Below are positions 29,512-39,127 of a DNA stretch of 64,000 nt, in pieces; the first letter of the stretch is position 1, and every line of letters begins with the position of its first letter. The position numbers and the translations under genes were made by a program. Location of the stretch: positions 32,001 through 96,000 of the IMG/VR virus record IMGVR_UViG_3300013121_000037. The stretch is one strand, 5' to 3'. Under the pieces are notes generated by a model. That model was not told the DNA's origin. It made no database searches and saw only the letters and a list, made by a program, of their open reading frames with translations. This DNA is from a virus (taxonomy: Duplodnaviria; Caudoviricetes).

Positions 29512-30495
29512 TCAGTGACGTAGTGGATACCTGCCCTGATACCAGAACTCTTCGGGTTTCACCCGTCCCCACAATCCCCGAATGCTGTAGAACCGCTGCC
29601 AGGCGATCAGCGTTGGTTCATCCCAGTCGTACAGGGTTGGCAATGGCCCACCCAGCCAGTCCAATGGACGCAGGCGTTGCGGCCAGGGGTGGGCACCGTT
29701 GGCGATAATCTCCCGCAAGCGCTGGGCGCAAGACTCTTTCGGCTCATTGCCGATCAGGCAGTACACCCGGACCTTTTCCCCGGTATAGCCATGCTCACGC
29801 AACAAGCGTAGCATGGTCAGCGCTTCGTCGCGTTCGCTCAAATCGTCGTAGCCAAAGCGCCAGTAGCGCAGGGGGAATTGCCGCCAGCGCTCCAGGGTTG
29901 CGCCGTCAAACGTATGCGGTTCAAAACCACTGTTGCAGTCTACCAGTCCACCGCCCCAACTCTCCTGATAGCGGCGAATGATGTGCAGTTGATATTCCGC
30001 TGGTAATGCGGACAGGTTGTTGTCCAGCAACAGCGGCGATGGTTGGGCATCGGGATAGTACCGAAACGCTGTCCACTCCAAACGCGGTACAGGGCAATTG
30101 CCGCAGGCTTTGGTGTACGCTGGACAGCCGCGACTGAAGTAGACCATCGGATATTGACCGGGTTCGCGTTCAAAGCGGTCGTCGATGCCGACAAATGGCT
30201 CTATGCCCGTCTCCCGCCGTACATAATCGGTGTTGGCTGGATGGAACGATACCGCTGGTCCGCCAATCCACACCTCTCCGCTGTAACGGTGCTTGGCGAG
30301 GCGGGCCATCTCCACCAGTGTCGGCAGACGCCAGGAGAACACTGCCGAGAAACAGTAGAGGTCCGCTTGATCAAAGAGCGGATCCAGAGTTGTCTGCTCG
30401 CTCACCTCCCAGCCCTGACGACGTAGCCACCGGGCCAGTTTGAGTGCGCCCAGAGATTCTAGACGACAACCTACTGTGACCACAATGGCTTTCAT
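29512..30495 (-). CDS. B12-binding/radical-SAM-like protein
   Basis: IGGPAVS, SRGCPAYTKACGNC, LLDNN, YCLIG. Confidence 0.7.
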   Translation of the reverse strand: MKAIVVTVGCRLESLGALKLARWLRRQGWEVSEQTTLDPLFDQADLYCFSAVFSWRLPTLVEMARLAKHRYSGEVWIGGPAVSFHPANTDYVRRETGIEPFVGIDDRFEREPGQYPMVYFSRGCPAYTKACGNCPVPRLEWTAFRYYPDAQPSPLLLDNNLSALPAEYQLHIIRRYQESWGGGLVDCNSGFEPHTFDGATLERWRQFPLRYWRFGYDDLSERDEALTMLRLLREHGYTGEKVRVYCLIGNEPKESCAQRLREIIANGAHPWPQRLRPLDWLGGPLPTLYDWDEPTLIAWQRFYSIRGLWGRVKPEEFWYQGRYPLRH

Positions 30496-30547
30496 GTCAC
30501 CTCCGCGTACCAGTCGTAGTCAGCCGTGAAGCACATGGTTACTCTCC

Positions 30548-31048
30548 CTATGTCGCCTGCCGTAGACGGTGGAACCCGGCGATGCCTTCCTGTTGCGCAG
30601 CCACCTGCCGCTCCAACTCCAGCACCCGTGCCTGGAGTTGGTCCAGCATTTTCTGCTCGCCATCGGAGAGCGTGCGCCAACGCGCCGCCTCGGCGCGGGC
30701 AGCAGCACATTCACGCTCGGCGGCGTGGCAGCGGCGGATGATGGCTGGTGTGGCGGTACGAGCGAGAGCGAGGAACTCACGATCTGCACTCGGCGCAGAG
30801 CATCCGCAGTCATTACAGCCAACGATGGCTAAGGGGCGAAACTCGCCGAATAATCTCTGCTCGAAGTCGTCTTTGACAGGGCGGTGCGTGGTCAAGGTGT
30901 TTCGATTCGAGCCGCCATCTCTGGTCCAATCTTCCCATGTCCACGGCCCAGGCGTGGCAGCCTCACACACGGCCAGGTCTGCCGCCAGGTCGCGGGCCAG
31001 GTCGTCAGGCGTGGGTGGGGGGATGGTGGATGGTGGATGGTCGCTCAT
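30548..31048 (-). CDS. Phage Ead/Ea22-like protein
   Basis: AATPGPW...ADREFLALAR plus coiled coil. Confidence 0.55.
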   Translation of the reverse strand: MSDHPPSTIPPPTPDDLARDLAADLAVCEAATPGPWTWEDWTRDGGSNRNTLTTHRPVKDDFEQRLFGEFRPLAIVGCNDCGCSAPSADREFLALARTATPAIIRRCHAAERECAAARAEAARWRTLSDGEQKMLDQLQARVLELERQVAAQQEGIAGFHRLRQAT

Positions 31049-31354
31049 GGTTCATCTCCGTGCGCAATGCGGGTCTGCCTGTGCTCCTCGCGACAGTCAG
31101 GACAGTAATTGCCGTCCGCTACACCGTGCTCACAGATACCCGCCTCACTGAGCCAATCCCGATAGGCATTGTGAACCGCCACGGCGCAGACGTGGCAGAG
31201 GACAAATGACGCCACGGTGCCGTTGTGCTGCGGCACCTCGACAACAAGACAATCGCTGTCGCCCAGCACCAGGAGGCAGTCACAGCACTGGCAGCGTGTG
31301 GTGTCCTCGATAATGGCATCTTCCAGAGCGGTAAGTTCAACGAAGTCACTCACT

Positions 31355-31792
31355 TCATTTGTCCTCCACGGTGCCATCTAGCCAGATCACCTTGACCGGC
31401 TTGCCTCGCTTGATGGCATAGTCCATCGTGTAAAACGTGCCGCCATGATTTTGCCAGGTTGCCACGCCCGAACAGCCAATCAGCAACTCAGTGGCGTCCA
31501 CGATGTCGCGATTGCGGGCGAGGTATGGCTTCGCGGGCAACGTCTGGTCAGCGTGTTTGTTGAAGGCGCGGTGGGTTTCATCCACGGGCGGATGGCAGAT
31601 GATGTCCCAGGTGTCGCCATCCTCAGCGTCCTGTCTCAGTTCATGCACCATGTCGGCGGCATCGTCGTCAGCACCAATGCAGTCGCCGTGGTGGAACTCG
31701 GTGAACGTCGGCAGTTCACTGATGATAGCCGTGAAAGCCTGACATTGCTCCGGGGTCATCCCGTTGCGTGTGCCAGTGAAGCCGATTTTCAT
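31355..31792 (-). CDS. SLOG/DprA-like Rossmann-fold protein
   Basis: KIGFTGTR, HGDCIGAD, ARNRDIV, GGTFYT. Confidence 0.7.
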   Translation of the reverse strand: MKIGFTGTRNGMTPEQCQAFTAIISELPTFTEFHHGDCIGADDDAADMVHELRQDAEDGDTWDIICHPPVDETHRAFNKHADQTLPAKPYLARNRDIVDATELLIGCSGVATWQNHGGTFYTMDYAIKRGKPVKVIWLDGTVEDK

Positions 31793-32141
31793 TTCGCACC
31801 TCCACGATCATAGTTAAGTAGCCTTATAGTATCCACAATCATCGCATTTCTGATGAAAGTCGGAACCGCATTTGTAATCAGAGGAAGTCCATTTTCTTAG
31901 GTTAGGATGAGTGCAAACAGTCTGCAAAGCAGTTATTTGCGCTTTCACCTCAGTAACCTTTCCTTCTAAAACCACCAATTTTGCTATCAATTTTGCATGT
32001 TTCTCTTGAATCTGCTCTTGGGTCATTTCACACCTCAATTTAGACAAATGCAAACCCAGTAAGGCCAACTACCTCGCCGCATGTGCCACCCGTGGTGATA
32101 GAGCACCACAACCGTGCCGCTGACTCCAATCCAATTGGATG

Positions 32142-33125
32142 TTAGCATTTCACACCTCGCAACAGGTCGATTGCCCAGCAGCCGCGCACATGCGGCCCGC
32201 GCAGGGGAACCCAGGTAGTTTCACGTTTCCAGCCGCGCCCAACACAATGACGACAGTTCGGCGGGATCATGTATTTCACATGCGGTCGATTCAACTTGTC
32301 CAGGTCTCTACCAGAACCTTTACAACGCCAGCACTTCTCCGGCACCTGTTCCTGTCCCCGCAGGTGACGCAACAACACCTCCTCGCAGCACCCCGCTTCC
32401 TCCAGGGCATCGGCGATAATGGCCAACCGTCCCGGGTCCAGTTCGCCCATCTCCAGTGTGCCGGTGCCGTGGCAGTCGGGACACGGATCACTACCCAAAC
32501 GATACATACCAGAGTACGCCGGTACTCTTCCCTCACCCTTGCACTTCTCACACAACCTGTTCACCCGCTCCTGATACGCCTCCTCGGCCAGACGCAGGAT
32601 GGTGCCGTCCCGCCAGGTGAGCCAATGGCGGGGGACACGAAAATGCTTGCGCCCATAACCAATTTCGTCCACGGGTTCCACCAGATGCATCGGGCGGAAG
32701 GGGTTGCCGATGATGTCGCGGAGCAGATTGGCCTGGACAGCAGGCGGAACACACTCGTCGCGGTCATACTGGCTGAGATTGCAGACCAGATCAGGACCGA
32801 TATCAATGAGGCAATCTCGATCCCACAACTCTGCGTAGCGTGACGGCGACCCTGGTGGATCGTTGAACAATTCATCAGGATAGGCTTTTTCCCGCTCATC
32901 CTCCGTCGCCAGTCCATCCGCATAGCGCTCTGCCACCTCTACCGCTTTCCGACTGCGGGAATCGGTGAGGAGTGGCCAGACCTGGCGGCAGCAGGCACAG
33001 GCAAACAGTCTGAGCTTCCGGTCGGTAATTACCGGGTGAACTGACGGACGGTAATCACGCTCGTCGTTACACCACTCCAGCATCCGCTGCGGGTTCGTGC
33101 AGGTCAGCCACTCGGTTTCGGTCAT
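32142..33125 (-). CDS. Planctomycete-type MTETEWL...GPHVRGCW family protein, copy 2
   Basis: Paralog of 18228..19106 with CxxCxGxG motifs. Confidence 0.8.
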   Translation of the reverse strand: MTETEWLTCTNPQRMLEWCNDERDYRPSVHPVITDRKLRLFACACCRQVWPLLTDSRSRKAVEVAERYADGLATEDEREKAYPDELFNDPPGSPSRYAELWDRDCLIDIGPDLVCNLSQYDRDECVPPAVQANLLRDIIGNPFRPMHLVEPVDEIGYGRKHFRVPRHWLTWRDGTILRLAEEAYQERVNRLCEKCKGEGRVPAYSGMYRLGSDPCPDCHGTGTLEMGELDPGRLAIIADALEEAGCCEEVLLRHLRGQEQVPEKCWRCKGSGRDLDKLNRPHVKYMIPPNCRHCVGRGWKRETTWVPLRGPHVRGCWAIDLLRGVKC

Positions 33126-33342
33126 GGCACTTTCTCCAGTGTCACGGGTGGAGTGTCCAAAACCCGGCGTAAACTGGCCAGCGGAAACCAGTCCCGTTCC
33201 ACCTGGTCGTCCTTCGTGTGCCAGATACACTCCACCTGCCGCAGATTATCGTTCACCTTGGCCACGCTCATCCGCGGTCCCCCAGCAGTCAGGGTCACCA
33301 CATCGCCCACCTGCAACTCCTGCCCGCTGCCCGCACTGACCA
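33122..33342 (-). CDS. DUF2158/YodC-like small protein
   Basis: LQVGDVVTLTAGGPRMSV..CIW; start uncertain. Confidence 0.6.
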
Positions 33343-33402
33343 CAGCACACCTCTCTCTATTGCTGCGCAAAAGTAAACAGTCGCATTTTGCGCAGTGGCT
33401 TC

Positions 33403-34137
33403 TCAGGGTGCTACACACCCGCATTCCAGCCAGGCCCGGTGAACCAACGGCCAACCTGTTTTCAGCATGGTTTCACAGGCACGCGCCGCTTCCTCGATCT
33501 CCGCTTGCGGTTGACTTACCACGGCAGCATCTTCGTTGTGGATACGCAAGGACAGGAAGTGCAAAAGTGACCGTGGATTGCACTGGGCAAAGCAGGTGGT
33601 GTAGGTCGCCAGCGGCAGTACGACCCGGGCCACTTCGGCGGCAATACCTGCCGTTGTCACCAGATTCTTGTAGGCAGACCAACCGGTTGCGTAAGAGAAA
33701 CGCAACATTTCCAGCAAAACGGTGTAGTCTTGCTTGGAAATGGCCACCAGTTGCGGTACGGTCGGTTTGTGTTCCGGACCTGTGGTGAGTGGTCGGTTGG
33801 CACGCGGAACCCAGAACACTGGTTGTAGTGGTGGCGGATTACCAACACGATGCCAGCGCCCGCTTAACTCAGCATAACTCCAACCCACCCGATGCCGCTG
33901 CCATTGTCTGATGACAAACAGCGGCACATGCAAACGAAAATCCAGACAGCCAAACTCAAACACACTGCCGTGTCGCTTTTTCATCAGCATGCGGATGAGA
34001 CGATAAACCTCCTCATCACTGGCAGTATCGGCGTTCTTGCCTGCTGTGCCCCAGGCACGGGCGGCAATCAAACGGTCGCCACCGTAAGTACCTTCCAGAG
34101 TGCAACTTATTTCACTGGTAAGTGTGATGTCGCTCAT
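33403..34137 (-). CDS. thyX: FAD-dependent thymidylate synthase
   Basis: HGSVFEF, RQWQRHR..SYAELSGR, LLHFLSLR. Confidence 0.9.
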   Translation of the reverse strand: MSDITLTSEISCTLEGTYGGDRLIAARAWGTAGKNADTASDEEVYRLIRMLMKKRHGSVFEFGCLDFRLHVPLFVIRQWQRHRVGWSYAELSGRWHRVGNPPPLQPVFWVPRANRPLTTGPEHKPTVPQLVAISKQDYTVLLEMLRFSYATGWSAYKNLVTTAGIAAEVARVVLPLATYTTCFAQCNPRSLLHFLSLRIHNEDAAVVSQPQAEIEEAARACETMLKTGWPLVHRAWLECGCVAP

Positions 34138-34387
34138 GCTGGCTTCTAACCAGTTCCTTCCTTTTGCCGTTTTTTCTGCCACCGTTCCTGCGCCGCTGCG
34201 TTCCACTGCCGAATCATCTCCAGGTCCGCATCCATCCGGGCCGCATCCACCAGCACCACCTCTCCCGTAAACGACCAGATGGCATAGCAGACCTGCCCAC
34301 AACGCGGCAACCGCTCCACCGGTTTGGCTTCTGGCACCTCTTCCAGCAGTTCCTGTTCCTCTTCTTCGCTCACCTGCTGTTCGCCTC

Positions 34388-34714
34388 TCACTTCCTCTGC
34401 AACTTCTGCCGCAGTTCTGCACACTGGTGTTGCTTCTTCTCCCAGGTTGCCTCGCACATCTGTAGCAACGTGGCGATGTCGGCAGGTGGATTGTGGACAT
34501 ACTCGGCTGGATTTTCCTGGCGCAGTTCCTCCACCGCCAGCGTTTCCAGATCGAAGTCTTCTTCCCAGGAAGCGAGGTCCAGATCCTGCACGATTTGCCG
34601 GAACACCTCCCGGTAGAGGTGTGCCCGCAGGTTACGCAGCGCCATCCCGTCTGGCACCGTCACCACCACGGTTGCCAGCGACTTCTTGCTCAACGTCACC
34701 GTCACAATCGCCAT
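34388..34714 (-). CDS. Hypothetical protein
   Basis: 108-aa ORF preceded by a tandem repeat containing GAGGA. Confidence 0.55.
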   Translation of the reverse strand: MAIVTVTLSKKSLATVVVTVPDGMALRNLRAHLYREVFRQIVQDLDLASWEEDFDLETLAVEELRQENPAEYVHNPPADIATLLQMCEATWEKKQHQCAELRQKLQRK

Positions 34715-34719
34715 TGCTT

Positions 34720-34776
34720 TTCCTCAATTTCTTCCTCAATTTCTTCCTCAATTTCTTCCTCAATTTCTTCCTCAAT
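34720..34776 (-). repeat. 12-bp tandem repeat (ATTGAGGAAGAA, ~4.75 copies)
   Basis: ttcctcaatttc repeated on the + strand. Confidence 0.95.
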
Positions 34777-34826
34777 ACCAACACCACTGCGCAAAAGTAG
34801 ACAGTTACATTTTGCGCAGCGACCTG

Positions 34827-35189
34827 TCAGCACACTTCTTCCAGTATCAGCACGGTCTTCTTCTCGGCGCTGCGGGTCAGGGTCACCTGCACCAGGCCAT
34901 CGAGCCAGGTTGGCGAGTCATCCACCAGCAGTCCGGCCCGCTTCAGGCTATCGCACAGCAGTTTGCTAAAAGCGTCCAGGTCGGGCATGACACCCCGCCG
35001 CCACCCGTACAGATGCAGCGCCACCCGTCGCTTCCCGGTCGCCTGCGGCACGTTCTGGTTGTGCGCTTCCGCCGCCAGGATGTCTGTCGTGGCCGTCTTC
35101 AACCGGTGCGCCGTCCGCCAGTGCCGCCCAAAGCACTGATTGAGGCGGGGCGGATGCCAGTTGGCAATGGTGAGTGTGTGAGTTGTCAT
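34827..35189 (-). CDS. RusA-like Holliday junction resolvase
   Basis: PPRLN, PDLDAFSKLLCDSL..GLLVDDS. Confidence 0.7.
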   Translation of the reverse strand: MTTHTLTIANWHPPRLNQCFGRHWRTAHRLKTATTDILAAEAHNQNVPQATGKRRVALHLYGWRRGVMPDLDAFSKLLCDSLKRAGLLVDDSPTWLDGLVQVTLTRSAEKKTVLILEEVC

Positions 35190-35195
35190 TGTGTT

Positions 35196-35738
35196 TCACT
35201 TCGCCAAAGTAACCCCGGTCTGGTTCTGGTACTTGCCCTGCTTGTCGGCATAGGTCTTTTCCGGCCTGTCCTCACAGCGGAGAAAGATCATCTGGCAAAT
35301 ACCATGCCACACCCGTAACTTGACCCACGACCCGGTCAGGTTGCTGATCTCAATGGTGAGTTTGCCGCGCCAACCCGGTTCCGCCGGGGTGGTGTTGCAC
35401 AGCACCCCTACCCGCGCATAGGTGCTCTTTCCTAGCGCAATCGCCAGACAGTCGTCTGGCATGGTGATTTCTTCCAGACTTTCCCCCAGCACAAACCCGC
35501 GTGGTTCGAGCATGTAGAACTGGTCCTGCCGGACGTTTTTCCACAGTTCCGGGTCCAGGTTCAGAGGATCGAGAATGTGATGCGGGCCACCCGTGTAACA
35601 GCGAAAATTCGCCCCTAACCGCAGGTCATACCCGGCACTCGACAACCCCGAAGAAATGATGCCCGTCCCATTGACTCCCGCACTGAAGGGAACCAACCCC
35701 ACCACCTGTCGCAGTACATGATCTGGTAACACGCTCAC
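35196..35738 (-). CDS. dcd: dCTP deaminase
   Basis: SSAGYDLRL, GKSTYARVG, TPAEPGWRGKLTIEISN, GKYQNQTGVT. Confidence 0.92.
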   Translation of the reverse strand: MSVLPDHVLRQVVGLVPFSAGVNGTGIISSGLSSAGYDLRLGANFRCYTGGPHHILDPLNLDPELWKNVRQDQFYMLEPRGFVLGESLEEITMPDDCLAIALGKSTYARVGVLCNTTPAEPGWRGKLTIEISNLTGSWVKLRVWHGICQMIFLRCEDRPEKTYADKQGKYQNQTGVTLAK

Positions 35739-36005
35739 AATTACTCCTCCTCTTCCTCACTTGCTGCGCAAAACTCGACACCAGCATTTTGCCCACCCAG
35801 TTCATTGACTGCACACCCCAGCACCGCGGCTATGCGTGCCATCACCTCTTCCTGCACAGCAATCACCCGCTGCCGGTCCCGGTGGTGCAACTGGCCATGA
35901 TCGCGGCACCAGTCCAGGGCGACGAGCAAGGTGGCGCTGGCATCCAGCAGCACCAGGGCCTCGGCATGACGCAGACGCTTGCGCACAGCGGTTTTTGGCA
36001 TGCGG

Positions 36006-36627
36006 TTATTCCTCGGTTTCCTGTTCACTCATCTTCATTGCCATCTGCCACACTGCACCCAGCGGCTCCAGTTGGCGCACCACCTTGTAGATGCCGCACA
36101 ACTTCTCCAGCGCATCCCAGTCAATCCGCCGCACCAGCGTCAGGATACGTTGGGTGGTGTCTGCTGGTGCGACTGCTGGTACTGTCGGGTTGTCCCGGAG
36201 TTGTCCCTGTTGCCGCAAAATCTGTTCGCGTGCCTTGTCGTACAGCAGACCGCAGTTCTGCAAAAACTGCTTCCAGTAATCTTGCCGAAAGAGTGCCAGC
36301 AGAAGGTGTTCGGTGCCAACGTAGTTGTTCTTCAGGCTTTTCGCCTCTTCAATGGCGTGCTGCACCAGTTGCTTGACTGACTCGTTTTGCGGTAAGCGGT
36401 CAACACATGGTTTGGCTGCACGGATTGACACCACATTCGACAGCGTCATTTGCAAGTCACGCAGGTTGCACCCCAGACTGGTCAGCGCGGCAATGGCGTT
36501 GCCACTACCTTCTTCCAGCAGGCCCAGCAACACATCCGCCACGTCCACAAACTCACTGCCGCGCTGCAGGGCCGTGCGGTTGGCCAGATGCATCACCTTG
36601 CGCACGGTCAGTAAAGCGTTCGTACAT
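36006..36627 (-). pseudogene. ClpC N-terminal-domain protein with an apparent 2-bp frameshift near its start
   Basis: MYERFTDRA is in one frame and RKVMHLA..NYVGTEHLLLAL in another. Confidence 0.65.
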
Positions 36628-36636
36628 GGTCCTACC

Positions 36637-37468
36637 TCAGTAGTTGCACCACACGGATTCCGTCATCACTCGCTTGTCCTTGCCACCCGCAGCATGGTTG
36701 GGGATCTCGAAATCATGCCGCGTCCACCCGGAAAGCAGGTCGTCATACAGGTCGTTGCGATACCCCGATAATGCGACCTTGCCCACGCACTGCTTGAGCA
36801 GGTGCAGCAACTCCACATGCTGCGCCACGGTCATCTCATGCCGGTACACCTGCGGTGCCGTGCGGGTCGCTGGCAGATACGGCGGATCGCAGTAAAAGCA
36901 CGTCTGCTTTCCGTCCTGACCACGAATCACCTCGAGCGCGTCCCGGTTGAGAATCAGTACTCTCTTCAGTCGCTCATGTACCGCGGGCAACCACTCAATG
37001 GCAGTCAACCAGGCCGACACCTCGTTATTCATCTGGCGCCGGGTTCTGGTCTTCGTTATCCCCGTAAATGACTTGCACCTCCCGGCCAGCGACTGACGGC
37101 AGAGGATGAAGAATTGCACCGCAGACACAACTGCTTCGCTGCGACTACCTGGCGCAGGAAAGGCTTGTGCCATGTTGTGGAATTCATGTGCCATACGCCA
37201 GTGCTCCTCACTGAATGGCGTGGCCTCGATGATCCTCTGAAACTCGAAAAACCATTCGGGGCGAGATAGCACTCGCCAGAAGTTTACAAGTTCGCCGTTG
37301 ATGTCATTGACCACCTCACTGACACCTTCCGGATCCTTCTGCAACAGCACTGCCAGGCCACCAGCAAACGGTTCAACGTAGTGGATATGGGGCGGCAGCA
37401 GTTCGATAATCCGTTTGGCCAGGTAGTTCTTGCCACCGTGGAAACTTCAGCGGTTGAGAAATGCTCAA
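36637..37468 (-). pseudogene. Dam-like (D12) adenine methyltransferase with an apparent +1 frameshift at ~37442
   Basis: SQPLKF is out of frame with HGGKNYLAKRIIELLPPHIHYVEPFAGG..NDIN..DPPY. Confidence 0.7.
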
Positions 37469-37740
37469 ACCGCACCTCCTTTCTGCAAGAATTGCTGGAG
37501 CAACCGTAGACGCTGCATTCTCCGTTGCCGCCGCAACTGGCCCCGCTGCAGGGCTTCCAGTCCCAGACGCGACCACCATCGCCGCTGCAACTCCTCCTTG
37601 CTCGGCGCTGGGTGTTTCTCCGGTTTGGGTTCTGCCGGTGCCATGGTGCAGACACAGATATCCACAAAACCCCACCACCCGCTCGAAAACCGCTGCGTCA
37701 TAATCACTCCTTTTCCTGTCACTGCGCAAAATGCGACTGT

Positions 37741-38258
37741 TTACTTTTGCGCGGTGGACACCTTATACAGTTTCGGTGCCAGTTTCACCAGCAACCCGCG
37801 TGCCACCAGGCCGCGCTGACCACACAGCGATGGGAAAACCTTGTGGGTGTCTGGATGTTCGGGAAACCCGTCCAGGCCAAACTTTTTCGGATTGCTCTGC
37901 CAGCAGGCCAGCACCAGTTGCGCCATGGTGAATGGTTGCGGCAATACCTTTGCCACCCGGTAGATGTCCCGGGCAATGGTACTGGGGGCCGCAGTCGTTG
38001 CTGGTAGAGGAGTGGGAGTGTTTGTAGGAAAAACTTGCTGGTAGCAGTGCTGAAACTCAAGTTCGCTGCAGGATGCACCATCCTCCTGCAGATGGCGATT
38101 GATCTGGTTGTGGGTGGCACCCTGGCCCAGATGCTCCAGCAGATGACGCACCTGTGCCTGCACATGCTGCCGCCGCTCCACGTCGCTCTGACTGCGCCGG
38201 GCCAACTCCAGCGCCGACTGCCGCACCTTGTTCGCCAAACTATGATCGTGCTGCATGG
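37741..38258 (-). CDS. Hypothetical protein (possible winged HTH)
   Basis: Stop codon inside palindrome 37721 (protein ends STAQK). Confidence 0.55.
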
Positions 38259-39070
38259 CACAATGCCCCCCATTCATCGGTCGAACGAATCATGGCCACA
38301 AAGTCATCGCGGGTTTTTCCGGATTGCAGCCAGTCATCCAGTCCAAAACCATGCGACTCCCGAACAGATATTCCTGGTAAAGGCACCACGCGCGTTCGCC
38401 ATACACCATGCCACTGCAAGCACCCCAGCACCGCCTTGGCGTGGCGAACTCCTGGTTCATCCATGTCCGGTATCACGGTCACTCGTCTACCTAGCAATAA
38501 CTGACTGTGTGCTGGACGCCACCTGCCCGCACCACCGTGATTGCAGGTCGCCACCACGGGTAAGCCAAGTGCCTCCACCATATGCACTTTCTTTTCTCCC
38601 TCCACCACCACCACAGGCCAGTCGGGATGGCGCAGCAAGCGCGGTAGTCGGTAGAGTACCCGGCGCACCTCAGCACCTAAACACCAGGTCCAGTGCTTCT
38701 CGTTATGCCGGTCGGGGTTTTCCACTTTTGGCACCCGTTGCATGAAGGAACCGTTGTCATAACGCAGCACCTCGTAGAGCACTTTTTCGCGTTCATCGGT
38801 GTACTCGTACCAGGCAATCGGTGTTCTGGCCATTTCCTTTTCCCCTTCAAGCAGTGGTCCGCACTGCCAGCGTTTCAAGCCAACCGCTGCCAGAATATCC
38901 CGAGTAGGGCAGCCAGCGAAACAATGGAAATTGACCCAACCATTGGGCGACTTCCAGATACTCAACGATGGGATATGGTCATCATGCGCCGGACAGCGAA
39001 CCATGTGATAAATGCCGCGCGGTTCCAGGCGTCCCTCAAAATACGTCAGGATGGTTTCCAGGTCGGCCAC
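38240..39070 (-). CDS. Primase-like protein (Zn finger plus TOPRIM)
   Basis: CPAHDDHIPSLSI..CFAGC; VVEGEK; IPDMDEPG; start uncertain. Confidence 0.8.
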   Translation of the reverse strand: MADLETILTYFEGRLEPRGIYHMVRCPAHDDHIPSLSIWKSPNGWVNFHCFAGCPTRDILAAVGLKRWQCGPLLEGEKEMARTPIAWYEYTDEREKVLYEVLRYDNGSFMQRVPKVENPDRHNEKHWTWCLGAEVRRVLYRLPRLLRHPDWPVVVVEGEKKVHMVEALGLPVVATCNHGGAGRWRPAHSQLLLGRRVTVIPDMDEPGVRHAKAVLGCLQWHGVWRTRVVPLPGISVRESHGFGLDDWLQSGKTRDDFVAMIRSTDEWGALCHAARS

Positions 39071-39127
39071 CAGCGCACCCTCCACGCAGTGGGCAAAATG
39101 TAACTGTCTACTTTTGCGCAATTGCGG

